44,986 nt of DNA from Alphaproteobacteria bacterium (GCA_017452885.1 JAFTLF010000121.1:1-44986); one strand, 5' to 3'. Numbered from the stretch's first letter, positions 8,818 to 18,718 are shown. Translations and numbers: made by a program. Notes: a model not told the origin generated them from the letters alone.

Positions 8818-9726
8818 ATGAACAAAAACCTATATCATATTTTAGGAATAAGCAAAACGGCAAGCGAAACTGAAATAAAATCAGCATACCGTAAATTGGC
8901 TCGTAAATACCATCCGGATCTTAATAAAGATAACAAAGATGCCGCCGAAAAGTTTAAAGAAATTTCTTGTGCTTATGATATTTTGGGTGATAAAGAAAAG
9001 CGCAAAAAATACGATAATAACGAAATTGACAGTGATGGCAAGCCGACAGGTTATGGTGCAAGTGGTGGTTATCAACAATATGGTTCCGGCAATCCTTTCG
9101 GCAGTAGAAGTTTTAACGGTGGTGATTTTGATTTTTCCTCAATTTTCGGTAGTGATATTTTTTCACAATTTACCGGTGGACGAGGTAATGACTTTTCCGG
9201 TTTTGGTGGAGCATCAAGACGACCGCGCAAGGGTGATGATATTAACTATACTATGCGCGTGGATTTTATTGCCGCAACGCGTGGAGAAGAAAAAACTGTC
9301 AATATTAACGGCAAAAACATTAATGTGAAAATTCCTGCAGGAACATTGTCAGGGCAGACGCTTCGCCTCAAAGGGTTGGGAAATCCCAGTCCTAATGGAG
9401 GCAGTGCCGGCGATGTATTGATTACTTTAACCGTTGATAAACATCCGTATTTTTCGCTTGAAGGCAACAATATTGTTCTTGATTTGCCGATTAGTATCAA
9501 AGAAGCAATTTTAGGAGCCAAAATAACTATTCCGACAATTAATGGAAAAGTTGCCGTCAATATTCCGCCTTATGCCTCAAGTGGTGAGAAGCTTCGCCTT
9601 AAAGGAAAAGGAATAAAGAACGGAGATCAAATTATAAATCTTAAAATTATTGCTCCCAAAACAGCCAATCCGGAGTTGGAAAAGGCTTTGCATCAGCTAC
9701 CTGATGAAAATATAAGGAAATTTTGA
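8818..9726 (+). CDS. cbpA: J-domain co-chaperone, class II (CbpA-like; no zinc-finger domain)
   Basis: J-domain [35 protein letters not shown], a G/F-rich linker ([17 protein letters not shown]...FSGFGG) and DnaJ C-terminal beta domains ([24 protein letters not shown]). No CxxCxGxG repeats. The start is set at ATG 8818 rather than the track start 8743. Confidence 0.9.
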   Translation: MNKNLYHILGISKTASETEIKSAYRKLARKYHPDLNKDNKDAAEKFKEISCAYDILGDKEKRKKYDNNEIDSDGKPTGYGASGGYQQYGSGNPFGSRSFNGGDFDFSSIFGSDIFSQFTGGRGNDFSGFGGASRRPRKGDDINYTMRVDFIAATRGEEKTVNINGKNINVKIPAGTLSGQTLRLKGLGNPSPNGGSAGDVLITLTVDKHPYFSLEGNNIVLDLPISIKEAILGAKITIPTINGKVAVNIPPYASSGEKLRLKGKGIKNGDQIINLKIIAPKTANPELEKALHQLPDENIRKF

Positions 9727-10283
9727 TGCTATTGGACTCTCTCAAACATTATAATTGGTATAACGAGCCGTCCAATGTTCGTTTTGTTGAGGACGGAATG
9801 TTGGTTGAAACTGTTCCGCAGACAGATTTTTGGCAGGCTTCGCATCATGGGTTCAACAAAGATAATGGTCATTTTTTCTATACTGAAAAACAAGGTGATT
9901 TTAAAATGTGGCTAAATTGGCATTTTAGCTCAGCGGTAGCATCGGATCAGTGTGGGTTAATGATACGTGTTGATAATCATAATTGGGCTAAAATCGGCTT
10001 TTTGAGTCCAGATACATCAGTTCCCCAGAGTGGCTGTATCATTACTTCAAACGGATTTTCTGATTGGTCATCGCACAATTTATCGGCAAATAGTTCTGAT
10101 TTTTGGTTCAGGGTTGTTCGGCGAGGGGATGATTTTTTATTTTTTTATTCCGTTGATGGCGTAAAATATCATCAATGCCGCTTATTTCATCTTGAAAAAG
10201 CTTCATCCGTCATAAAAGCCGGCGCTTATTGTTGTTCGCCGCAAAATCATAAATTTGAATGTATTCTTCAAAATATCGGATAA
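9726..10283 (+). CDS. DUF1349-like protein (ConA-like lectin/glucanase fold, putative)
   Basis: WYNEPSNVRF...QTDFWQASHHGFNKDNGHFFY...GDF...SDQCGLMIRVDNHNWAKIGF fits the DUF1349 pattern. ATG 9726 overlaps the cbpA-like TGA (TGATG). The track start 9723 is a TTG. Confidence 0.75.
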   Translation: MLLDSLKHYNWYNEPSNVRFVEDGMLVETVPQTDFWQASHHGFNKDNGHFFYTEKQGDFKMWLNWHFSSAVASDQCGLMIRVDNHNWAKIGFLSPDTSVPQSGCIITSNGFSDWSSHNLSANSSDFWFRVVRRGDDFLFFYSVDGVKYHQCRLFHLEKASSVIKAGAYCCSPQNHKFECILQNIG

Positions 10284-10290
10284 AATTTAG

Positions 10291-10932
10291 CTAAACAAGA
10301 GAAGCAATTTCTGCTTGCAATTCCGCAATACCAAGATTTTTTTCTGAGCTGGTACACAAAACTCTGGTGAATGCTGCCGCATGATTCGCAACTTCTTTTT
10401 CTGTTTTTAATAGTGTATCCTGCAATTCTTTAGAGCTTATCTTGTCGATTTTGGTTAAAACAATTTGATAAGTCACCGCTGCCTTATCAAGCATATCCAT
10501 AATTTCGCTATCAACCTTTTTGATTCCGTGACGAGAATCAATCAGAAGAAATACGCGCTTAAGATTAACGCGTCCTTGCAAATAAGTAAAAATTAACCTT
10601 TGCCATTTTTTTACCAAGGCTTCCGGAGCTTGTGCATAGCCATAACCGGGAAGATCAACCAGATACAAAATATCTGCCAAACTAAAATAGTTAAGTTGCT
10701 GAGTGCGTCCGGGGGTGTTGGAAGTTTTGGCTAATCCTTTTTGTCCGGTAATAGCATTTATAATGCTTGATTTTCCGACATTAGATCTTCCGGCAAATGC
10801 AACCTCAGGCCACTCGGATAATGGTAATTGTTCTAGTCCGGCCACTCCGAGAACAAACCTTGTTCCTTGCTTAAACAGAGCGTTAGCGGCTCTTATCTCG
10901 GCTTCTGAAAATACTGCCGGCTCAAATTTCAT
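10291..10932 (-). CDS. engB: Ribosome biogenesis GTPase YihA/EngB
   Basis: G1 GRSNVGKSSIIN, G2 TPGRTQ, G3 DLPGYGYA, G4 LTKIDK. It lies immediately downstream of yidC with a 1-nt overlap. Confidence 0.94.
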   Translation of the reverse strand: MKFEPAVFSEAEIRAANALFKQGTRFVLGVAGLEQLPLSEWPEVAFAGRSNVGKSSIINAITGQKGLAKTSNTPGRTQQLNYFSLADILYLVDLPGYGYAQAPEALVKKWQRLIFTYLQGRVNLKRVFLLIDSRHGIKKVDSEIMDMLDKAAVTYQIVLTKIDKISSKELQDTLLKTEKEVANHAAAFTRVLCTSSEKNLGIAELQAEIASLV

Positions 10933-12596
10933 TAATCAACTCCAATCTTTTTCATGATAACTTTTTGCTGAATAATTGATAATATATTACTCAATGTCCA
11001 ATAAATTACCAAACCTGAAGCAAAATGTCCGAGCATAAACATGAAGATAACCGGCATCAAAGCAAACATTCTTGCTTGATCAGGATTAGACGGTTTGGGG
11101 TTTAGCTTTTGTTGTACATACATTGTTAGCCCCATGATAATCGGCCAAATACCAATATCCAAAAAGCTTGGAAGCGGAATGTGTGTTAATACGGAGATAG
11201 TCAGCGGATCCGGAGCAGAAAGATCTTTAATCCAACCGATAAACGGTGCATGGCGAATTTCAATCGCAATGTTTAACACTTTGTAGAGCGAGAAAAATAC
11301 CGGAATTTGAATCAACATTGGCAGACATCCGGAAGCCGGATTGATTTTCTCTTTGCGATAAAGTTCCATCATTTCCTGTTGTAACTTCATTTTGTCGTCT
11401 TTGTATTTTTCTTGCAAAGACTGAATCTTGGGCTGTACCTTTTTCATTTTAGACATACTTTCGTATGATTTGTTGGCAACAGGGAACATAGCCAAACGCA
11501 ATAAAGCTGCAAACAACAAGATAGCCCATCCCATATTGCCTATAATTTTATAAAGGAAGTTCAAAATATAGAAAAAGGGTTTAGTTAAGAAGTAATACCA
11601 GCCAAAATCAACTGCTAAATCAAATTTATCAATATGCAAATCTTTTGAATACTTATCAATCAAAGTAATCTCTTTAGCACCGGCAAAAAAGAGATGTTCG
11701 ATTGTGCCTACACTACCAGCTTCAACAATCAGTGGAGCATCAACAAAATCAACCTGATACATATTGTTACCAATGTTAGAAAATTTAACATTAGCCTTTT
11801 GATTATTGTTCAAAATCAAAGCAGAAAACCAATAGTGGTCAGAAAATCCTGCCCATCCGCCATTGCTTTTAAACTCTTCTTTTTTACCGTCTTTAAGTGA
11901 TGAATATTTGATTTCTTTTAAGGTTGTATCCAAAACACCATTCATTCCTTCATGTACCACACTGGTGGATTTTTCACCCTCAATATGCGTTTTATTAATT
12001 AATCCATAAGGATAAAGACTGATTTTTTGTTTTGAATTATTTTCAACCGACTGATAAATTTTGAACATATAATTGTTATCAATACTGATTTTACGTATAA
12101 ATTTTATTCCTTGTCCGTTATCCCATTCCAAAACAACCGGAGTTTGAGGAGTCAACTTTCCACCTTTAATCTGCCACAATGTTTCACTATTGGGCAAGCG
12201 TAGCTTATTTTCTGCATCAATAAAACCAAATTCGGCATAATATGGAGCTTTACTTTGAGCTGGAGTCAATAGTTCAACATTTGGGCTGTCAATATCCATG
12301 GTTTGATTGTATTTATTCAGGTATAATTCGTCCAAACGCGCACCTTTGATGCGGATTGAGCCGCGAACCGCATCGTTAACAATAGAGATACGCTTATCAG
12401 CTTTCAAAATTGCCTCAGTATTCGGAGCTGTTTCGGTCAAGGGATTCTGCGCAACTTCAGTCGTAACCTCTATTTTTGCCGGCGTATCCGAAACTTCTTG
12501 CCGAGCTGGATTTTTAGGAAACAACCAGTTTGTGGCAAAAATAACAACCATGGATAACAAAATAGCGGCATACAGCCCCTTCATATCTTCTTTCAT
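10932..12596 (-). CDS. yidC: Membrane protein insertase YidC
   Basis: N-terminal TM helix, a large periplasmic P1 domain, then the conserved core GWAILLFAALLRLAMFPV...GCLPMLIQIPVFFSLY...ALMPVIFMFMLGHFASGLVIYWTLSNILSIIQQ. Confidence 0.96.
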   Translation of the reverse strand: MKEDMKGLYAAILLSMVVIFATNWLFPKNPARQEVSDTPAKIEVTTEVAQNPLTETAPNTEAILKADKRISIVNDAVRGSIRIKGARLDELYLNKYNQTMDIDSPNVELLTPAQSKAPYYAEFGFIDAENKLRLPNSETLWQIKGGKLTPQTPVVLEWDNGQGIKFIRKISIDNNYMFKIYQSVENNSKQKISLYPYGLINKTHIEGEKSTSVVHEGMNGVLDTTLKEIKYSSLKDGKKEEFKSNGGWAGFSDHYWFSALILNNNQKANVKFSNIGNNMYQVDFVDAPLIVEAGSVGTIEHLFFAGAKEITLIDKYSKDLHIDKFDLAVDFGWYYFLTKPFFYILNFLYKIIGNMGWAILLFAALLRLAMFPVANKSYESMSKMKKVQPKIQSLQEKYKDDKMKLQQEMMELYRKEKINPASGCLPMLIQIPVFFSLYKVLNIAIEIRHAPFIGWIKDLSAPDPLTISVLTHIPLPSFLDIGIWPIIMGLTMYVQQKLNPKPSNPDQARMFALMPVIFMFMLGHFASGLVIYWTLSNILSIIQQKVIMKKIGVD

Positions 12597-12665
12597 TTAA
12601 CATTAACTCCTGATAAATACATCACTCTGCTATATTTATTATAAATTTTAGGGCAAAGCAAGCCC

Positions 12666-12905
12666 TTATGCAGATTTATTATTTGTAGAATCTTTAGGTG
12701 GAACCGGATCATATCCTTGTCCTCCCCAAGGATGACAACGCAGAATACGTTTAATTCCGAGATATGAACCTTTTACAATACCGTGAATCAATAGCGCCTG
12801 AATAAAATACTCCGAACAACTCGGACGATAACGACAAACATGTGGTAAAAAAGGAGATATTGCTTTTTGATAAAACCTAATTAGCAAAATCATGAGTTGC
12901 TTCAT
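12666..12905 (-). CDS. yidD: Membrane protein insertion efficiency factor YidD
   Basis: [62 protein letters not shown]. The start is set at the internal MKQLM (ATG 12903-12905); the track ORF is extended to 12983. Confidence 0.9.
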   Translation of the reverse strand: MKQLMILLIRFYQKAISPFLPHVCRYRPSCSEYFIQALLIHGIVKGSYLGIKRILRCHPWGGQGYDPVPPKDSTNNKSA

Positions 12906-13281
12906 GTTTTTTCTCTTTTGGATTTGACAATTGCTGATTGATGTTGCGAATAGCTTTTTCCATATCAGCTTTAAGATTAGCAAAATCAGTGTCTGCGGTA
13001 TTATAACGTCCGATTAAAACATAATCTGTTTTTCCTCGTCCTAGTTGAGCAAATAAAGAAGTTGCCGCGGCTCTAAGTCGACGTTTAGTGCGATTGCGCA
13101 AATAAGCTTTGCCAATTTTTTTTGTGGCAGTATACCCCAGATAGCAACAATCTTGATTAATGATTTTGCCTTCTCTGTATAAACTTTGAGCCGCCTGAAG
13201 GATCAAAGACGGAGTAACCACCTTTAGTCCTTTGGCGACTCTGACAAATTCTTTTCTCTTTTTTAAGATAAGAACTTTCAT
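12877..13281 (-). CDS. rnpA: Ribonuclease P protein component
   Basis: KKRKEFVRV...[23 protein letters not shown] (RNR-motif region). The start is set at MKVLILKK (ATG 13279-13281), 5 nt downstream of the rpmH stop. Confidence 0.88.
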   Translation of the reverse strand: MKVLILKKRKEFVRVAKGLKVVTPSLILQAAQSLYREGKIINQDCCYLGYTATKKIGKAYLRNRTKRRLRAAATSLFAQLGRGKTDYVLIGRYNTADTDFANLKADMEKAIRNINQQLSNPKEKKHEATHDFAN

Positions 13282-13285
13282 GATA

Positions 13286-13420
13286 TTAAGCAGAAAGTCT
13301 CTTACGACCTCTTGCACGGCGTGCGGCCAAAACCTTACGACCGCCAGCTGTAGCCATACGTGCGCGGAAGCCGTGACGGCGTGCTCTCACTAGCTTACTT
13401 GGTTGATAAGTACGTTTCAT
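13286..13420 (-). CDS. rpmH: 50S ribosomal protein L34 (unlisted, 44 aa)
   Basis: Hand translation of the - strand gives [44 protein letters not shown]. It is below the ORF-track cutoff. Confidence 0.96.
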   Translation of the reverse strand: MKRTYQPSKLVRARRHGFRARMATAGGRKVLAARRARGRKRLSA

Positions 13421-13500
13421 TTTATTTCTCCGGTTAGACAGGCTTTTGCCTGATTATTATTAGTTAAAGTCCTATTTTTCGAGGACTCTCGGACACCACG

Positions 13501-13529
13501 CTTATAAAAGTAAAACACTGATATGTCAA
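13501..13529 (-). promoter_or_regulatory. Sigma70-type promoter for the rpmH-rnpA-yidD-yidC-engB operon
   Basis: On the - strand: TTGACA (13529-13524), a 17-nt spacer, then TATAAG (13506-13501), about 80 nt upstream of the rpmH ATG. Confidence 0.55.
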
Positions 13530-13538
13530 GTCTTAATT

Positions 13539-14273
13539 CTATACGGTTAAGGCTTTGCCTGCTCGCAAAATTGCTTCTGCTTCCGGCGTATGTCTTCCGT
13601 CATTCTCATGAATTATTAACGGAGGGCATATAACCAAAGGTGCTTTAGAATCTTTGCGTGCAGTCACAATTACACGTTTGGCATTTTGTCCGGATTTTGA
13701 AATCAAAGGCATAATATGAATATCACCAAGCTTCCCATGGATATGATATAATATTTCTTCCAACGCAGAAGCGCGATTAATCATATAAAAATATCCTTGA
13801 GGACGAATCATTTTAATGCAAAACCTTATCCACTCACCCAAATTAGGCACGGTCGAAAAATTATGGGCAGCTGCTTTGCTGTTTTGGGGTGAGGGAAGAT
13901 CTTTTTCGGCATAAGGAGGATTGCTGACAACATGATTAAAAGAGCAAAAAGGCAAGGGGCAATTTTTAATGTCTGCATTAATAAATTCGGCAAACTCAAA
14001 ATTATTGACTTTAGCACTATGATTTGCCAGTTCCGCCAATTGTGATTGTATTTCCAATCCTTTGACGCATATATTCTTGTCTTTAAATCTTTCACACAGG
14101 CATAAAGCAATGGCACCTGTGCCAGAGCCTACATCAAGAATACGGTCATTGTTCTTGACATCAATAACCGCAGATGCTAACAAAACAGCATCACTTGAAG
14201 CATGGTAGCCGTTGTTGGGCTGATATATTTTGACCTTGCGGTCAAGCAGATAATTTTCGCTGTAGTCATTCAT
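13539..14273 (-). CDS. SAM-dependent N6-adenine methyltransferase, TrmN6/YfiC-like
   Basis: Motif I ILDVGSGTGAIAL and catalytic VVSNPPYAEKD (NPPY). The overall layout matches the tRNA1(Val) m6A37 methyltransferase family. Confidence 0.82.
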   Translation of the reverse strand: MNDYSENYLLDRKVKIYQPNNGYHASSDAVLLASAVIDVKNNDRILDVGSGTGAIALCLCERFKDKNICVKGLEIQSQLAELANHSAKVNNFEFAEFINADIKNCPLPFCSFNHVVSNPPYAEKDLPSPQNSKAAAHNFSTVPNLGEWIRFCIKMIRPQGYFYMINRASALEEILYHIHGKLGDIHIMPLISKSGQNAKRVIVTARKDSKAPLVICPPLIIHENDGRHTPEAEAILRAGKALTV

Positions 14274-14346
14274 AATCTATTCCTTAATCCGAGTGCATTA
14301 TAATGAAATCAGCCTGAAAATCCAGTACTAATTAACGGAGTATGTC

Positions 14347-14907
14347 ATGACTTTGATAGATATTTTTTTATTAGCGATAGCTTTAGCTGTCGATGCGTTT
14401 GTTGTATCTTTTTCTTATGGTTTGGTTATTCGCAAGCAACGTATGACATCGGCGCTAAAATTAGCATTTTCAGTTGGTTTCGGGCAATTTATCATGCCGA
14501 TTTTGGGTTGGTATGGCGCTCGTAGTATATACAGCTTTATAGAACAGGTTGATCATTGGATTGCTTTTTTTGTTTTCCTAACACTCGGCACGAAGGTGAT
14601 TGCAGATTCTTCCCAAAACCGCGATTATCAGGAAAAAAATAAAAATTCTCTTTCCTTCAAGGTATTGCTTATAATTGGAGTAGCCACGTCAATAGATGCT
14701 TTTGTCAGCGGTTCAATGCTTTACTTTATTAAAACACCAATTTGTCTGCCCTCTGTTATAATCGGATTAACTGCATTTATTGGCTCTTTGATAGGTTTTA
14801 ATTTATGTTGTGTTTTCAAAAAATTCAAAACACGCTGGCTTGAACAAATCTCAGGTGTTATTCTGATTTTGTTGGGTTGCAAGATTCTTTATGAACACAT
14901 TGGCTAA
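14347..14907 (+). CDS. mntP: Manganese efflux pump MntP (DUF204 repeats)
   Basis: AIALAVDAFVVSFSYG in the first half is repeated as GVATSIDAFVSGSM in the second. There are about six TM segments. GGAG lies 8 nt upstream of the ATG. Confidence 0.9.
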   Translation: MTLIDIFLLAIALAVDAFVVSFSYGLVIRKQRMTSALKLAFSVGFGQFIMPILGWYGARSIYSFIEQVDHWIAFFVFLTLGTKVIADSSQNRDYQEKNKNSLSFKVLLIIGVATSIDAFVSGSMLYFIKTPICLPSVIIGLTAFIGSLIGFNLCCVFKKFKTRWLEQISGVILILLGCKILYEHIG

Positions 14908-15647
14908 CGTTCTTGCCAGACCACGATTGCTTTAGCCAGCTCACGATTGTTGTTGCCGTCATAAGTATTTATACTGTGTGTGGTTGTCATGTCATCAAAC
15001 TGAGTATTAACCATAATTTTTTCGCCAAGATAACCTTCTTTTTTAAAAGCAATTTCAATATAACGCGGAGTATGTTTCAGACGAAATCCTGAGTCCACCG
15101 ATTCGCAAGCCCACAGAGCATAAACAGCGTTGTTAACGTGACGATTAAGATCAATATCATCATAACGAACGCGGAATTTTGCCTGATAATCAATGTTTTT
15201 TACATCTTTGATTTTGGGAAAATCGGTATTTAATGCACGATTTTCAATTAATTCATATTCAGGGAGCTTTTCTTTAATTGCCACCGGACGATGTCTTGCA
15301 AAATCAATCATAACCCACTGGCTTGATGCACGAATAATACTTTTACCATCTTCACCAAACACTTCAAAATCGCGTATTACACTAACTTTTTTTTCAGCAG
15401 ATGGCCAAGTTTGGATACGTATATTTTCATCCATCTTAGGTAAGCGATCAATCTCAATTGCATAGTTAGAGCCAACCCATGTCACCTTATTTTTAAGGCA
15501 AAAACGCACGCCAAAACCCATTCTTGTGACATCGGCATAAGCCATGTCTTGAAAAATATTCATTAACGTAATAATTCTCATACGATTATTGCGATCGCAT
15601 TCATAACTGCGGACAATATAATCTTTGGTAAATTTGACAATATCCAT
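14904..15647 (-). CDS. Acyl-ACP thioesterase family protein (double hotdog), paralog B
   Basis: YIVRSYECDRNNRMRIITLMNIFQDMA, QTWPS and the catalytic block YDDIDLNRHVNNAVYALWACE (D-x-N-x-HVNN of FatA/FatB-type thioesterases). Confidence 0.85.
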   Translation of the reverse strand: MDIVKFTKDYIVRSYECDRNNRMRIITLMNIFQDMAYADVTRMGFGVRFCLKNKVTWVGSNYAIEIDRLPKMDENIRIQTWPSAEKKVSVIRDFEVFGEDGKSIIRASSQWVMIDFARHRPVAIKEKLPEYELIENRALNTDFPKIKDVKNIDYQAKFRVRYDDIDLNRHVNNAVYALWACESVDSGFRLKHTPRYIEIAFKKEGYLGEKIMVNTQFDDMTTTHSINTYDGNNNRELAKAIVVWQER

Positions 15648-15717
15648 TATTTTTTCCTTAGCCGTTTTTATGGATTAAACTTATAAAGGAACAAATTTAA
15701 TATTTGATGAATTTAAA

Positions 15718-16470
15718 TTATTTATAATTATTAGATACCCACTCAATACCAATTCGTGCCAATTCACGATCATTATTGTTGCCAAAAGCATATATGCTGT
15801 GAAAAGTATGAGTTTCATTTTGTTCGGTTACAACTCGAATTTTTTCACCCATATATCCCTCTTTCTTAAACGCAATATTAATTCGTTGAGGATTATGGCT
15901 TAAACGAAATTCTGGATCAACTGCTTCACATGCCCACAAAATGTAAACGGCATTATTAACGTGCTTATTAACATCTATATCATCAAAGCGAACTTTGAAT
16001 TCATAATTATTAATATTTTCCTTTGCTTCTGGAATTGGAGAAAAATCAGCAATTAAAGCGTGCTTATTAATTGTTGTATATTCAGGTAAATAATCTTTAA
16101 GGCTAACAGGACGTTTGCGATCAACGTCAATTAATATCCATTGGCTAGATGCGCGAATAATACTTTTACCGTCTTCGCCAAATACTTCAAAATCGCGAAT
16201 GGCTCCGATACGTCGTTGTTCTGACGGCCATGTTTGAATACATATATTTTCGTGTATGTGAGGTAGGCGATCAATTTCCAACAAATAATTGGAGCCAAAC
16301 CAAGCGAGTCTGTGCGATGATACATATTCAAAACCAACACCCATCTGCTGAGCGTGATTGTCTGCCATATCTTGAAATATATTCATCAGTGTTAAAATAC
16401 GCAAATTATTATTGCGATCGCATTCGTAACTGCGAATATGATATTGTCCGACAAATTTTGTAACGCTCAT
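15718..16470 (-). CDS. Acyl-ACP thioesterase family protein (double hotdog), paralog A
   Basis: HIRSYECDRNNNLRILTLMNIFQDMA and FDDIDVNKHVNNAVYILWACE. By eye it is about 60% identical to the downstream paralog. Its ATG overlaps the TGA of the upstream gene (ATGA at 16467-16470). Confidence 0.85.
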   Translation of the reverse strand: MSVTKFVGQYHIRSYECDRNNNLRILTLMNIFQDMADNHAQQMGVGFEYVSSHRLAWFGSNYLLEIDRLPHIHENICIQTWPSEQRRIGAIRDFEVFGEDGKSIIRASSQWILIDVDRKRPVSLKDYLPEYTTINKHALIADFSPIPEAKENINNYEFKVRFDDIDVNKHVNNAVYILWACEAVDPEFRLSHNPQRINIAFKKEGYMGEKIRVVTEQNETHTFHSIYAFGNNNDRELARIGIEWVSNNYK

Positions 16471-17963
16471 TGTTTATTCCCTTTTTTTCGTTGCAATAGC
16501 AACATTTTAAATTTATTTTTGCAACGCCGCGCGCTAAAGGTTCGCTTTAGAAAACCTTCTCCTGAAGTTGGTTTTTGCCAAACTTCATTAAATGTAGCAC
16601 AGTTATTGCTGTAACTGACAACTAACCAAGTCGCCGGAGATTCATCTGTTAAGATACATTTTCCGGATTCCAAACGATATGTTTGGTTATTTTTGGGTGT
16701 ATTTTCAATCATATTTAATCCCAGATATGTCATTAAGCTCCGACAACTATCGGAAATATATTCAGGGCAATGTGTAGGAATAAAAATGGGATTTTTAAGC
16801 AAAGAATTAAGATGCTCCAAATCACCGATAAATCCGTGCCCATAGCCTTGTAGTTCTGGGTAATCATCAACTGTTACAAATTTTATATTGCGAGAATTTA
16901 GCTGTCCTTTTAGCGGATTAAAAAACGTTTTTGCCGTAATAATACCGATACTGTTATCTTTGCATTCGCCAAAAAAATTACCAACATCATTATAATCGCC
17001 GATAACCACAAAAGATTTGCCGAGTTTTTCAATGTCATGAATTTGCCCGCTAAATACTTTAATTCGTTTTTTTGCGATTTTAGTAAACGAAATGCCATAT
17101 TTTTCAATTAAGTTAAGATACTCATAAAAATTATCACTACCATAAAACACTACGTTTTTGCGCAATTTGAGCGCCGCCAAAAAGGCTGTCAGATACATTT
17201 CCGGATGTGTCGGATAAACGGGAATGAAAATCTTATCTTTGTGGGATTTGCGGATTATCTGAACAATTTTTTTGAAGGTGTCAACTTCGCGAATGGCAAA
17301 TCCATCTTCAGTAATGCCGCAAAAGTCAGCGACGACATGTGTGATTTTGTGTGCTAAGCGGCGGATAGTCTTCAGGTTTGTCGGTTTACGAAAGTAAGTA
17401 CTATTATCTATCTTCATGTCGCCAGTATGATAAACTGTAGCCTCAGAACTTTTTATGATAAATCCAAAACTGTCAAAACATGTATGTGATGAGGCGACAA
17501 CCTCAATTTCTAACGTACCGATTTTAATTCTGTCTCCGTCGTTAATACAATAAAAATCCGGTTGTTGGTATTTGGAAACATTAAATCTCACATAAAGGTC
17601 TTCCAAAATCATTTTGGTATACTTTCCGCCATAAAGCGGTGGCAGTAAATAGCCGGCTTTTAAATAATGTACAATGCCGTTAAGATGATCGGGATGAGAA
17701 TGAGTCAAAAAAATAGCTCTCGGGTTAAGAAATGGCGTTTTTAGCAAGTTCCTTACATCCGGAACGGCTGCCGCCGAGTTCTTAATCCCGAGAGCTTGAT
17801 GATTATCAAATTTTCCCAAATCTACAATAATTGTGGTGGCTAATGCCCCAGATTTTGTTGATACTATATCTGTATATTGATAACAATGACCGCTAATCTG
17901 ATCAATATTATTACCGCCGATGGGGTGCCAGTAAAAGCCGGTTTCTGCAAAACAGTTTGTCAT
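16467..17963 (-). CDS. Divergent RNase J-like metallo-beta-lactamase/beta-CASP hydrolase
   Basis: HPIGGNN...TTIIVDLGKF, RAIFLTHSHPDHLNGIVHYL (H-x-H-x-D-H) and GDRIKIGTLEIEVVASSHTCFDSFGFIIKSSEATVYHTGDMKID parallel the RNase J N-terminal core (THxHEDH ... HSIPxx ... HTGDxKxD). Confidence 0.7.
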   Translation of the reverse strand: MTNCFAETGFYWHPIGGNNIDQISGHCYQYTDIVSTKSGALATTIIVDLGKFDNHQALGIKNSAAAVPDVRNLLKTPFLNPRAIFLTHSHPDHLNGIVHYLKAGYLLPPLYGGKYTKMILEDLYVRFNVSKYQQPDFYCINDGDRIKIGTLEIEVVASSHTCFDSFGFIIKSSEATVYHTGDMKIDNSTYFRKPTNLKTIRRLAHKITHVVADFCGITEDGFAIREVDTFKKIVQIIRKSHKDKIFIPVYPTHPEMYLTAFLAALKLRKNVVFYGSDNFYEYLNLIEKYGISFTKIAKKRIKVFSGQIHDIEKLGKSFVVIGDYNDVGNFFGECKDNSIGIITAKTFFNPLKGQLNSRNIKFVTVDDYPELQGYGHGFIGDLEHLNSLLKNPIFIPTHCPEYISDSCRSLMTYLGLNMIENTPKNNQTYRLESGKCILTDESPATWLVVSYSNNCATFNEVWQKPTSGEGFLKRTFSARRCKNKFKMLLLQRKKGNKQ

Positions 17964-17977
17964 AATATCCAGTTAAG

Positions 17978-18718
17978 TTATCTGCGAGCCTCTTGCCATG
18001 CGGCTAATTTTGCTTCGCGCCAAGCATTGGCTTTTTTCGCTGTTATTGTTCTGTCAATGCTCTTATTTTTAGCGATAACACGTTTTTTTTCAAGCTTTTT
18101 TACTTCGCTTTGCCCAGCTTTTGCAAACAGTGACGCACCTTTGATTTTTTGCGTTTGTCGAATTGTTTCATAAACCGAAGCTAATTTATTTTTATATCTC
18201 TTTGCTTTGAAAGGAACGCTTGAATGATAAGCCATTGCGGCTTTAATCCAATCGCCCTTTTTGTTTTTGTAAAGTTTCTTTAAAAACTTAGCCCCGTATT
18301 CAACATTCTTTTGTGGATCTAAAGCGTCTTCAATACTGGCAAATGCGTTAGGATGATAAGCGAGATTAATTTGCATACATCCGACATCGATGCTTTTAAC
18401 ACCTTTGGCTTGAAGTCTTTTGACTTCGCGTACTGCTTCAGCCTTTGTTGCAAAAAAGCGACCTTTTCCTTGGGCATTGATAGTCCAAGGCCAAGCCATG
18501 CTTTGCTGCCTTTGCTCATTCCAACGTCCTGTTTCAACTTTGGAAATGGTGGTTAATAGGTGTTCTTTGATTTGATATTCTTTTTCAAATTTTTGTGTTG
18601 CATCCATACAAACCAGAGCGTCATCTCTAAATTCAGTGTAAGCCCGAGCCTGTACTGGCTGAATAAACATCAGCAATATTAACAAAAACATCAAATATTT
18701 TGATACGAAAAGTCGCAT
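17978..18718 (-). CDS. Lytic transglycosylase (SLT domain), secreted
   Basis: Signal peptide MRLFVSKYLMFLLILLMFIQPVQA, then ISKVETGRW...WPWTINAQGKG...SIDVGCMQINLAYH...AAMAYHS. The stop lies 14 nt upstream of the RNase J-like start. Confidence 0.85.
   Translation of the reverse strand: MRLFVSKYLMFLLILLMFIQPVQARAYTEFRDDALVCMDATQKFEKEYQIKEHLLTTISKVETGRWNEQRQQSMAWPWTINAQGKGRFFATKAEAVREVKRLQAKGVKSIDVGCMQINLAYHPNAFASIEDALDPQKNVEYGAKFLKKLYKNKKGDWIKAAMAYHSSVPFKAKRYKNKLASVYETIRQTQKIKGASLFAKAGQSEVKKLEKKRVIAKNKSIDRTITAKKANAWREAKLAAWQEARR

Noticed and set aside
14274-14346. Possible yybP-ykoY (Mn2+) riboswitch upstream of mntP
   Set aside because: The intergenic region is only 73 nt. It lacks the conserved four-way-junction sequence elements, and only an SD (GGAG) is recognisable.
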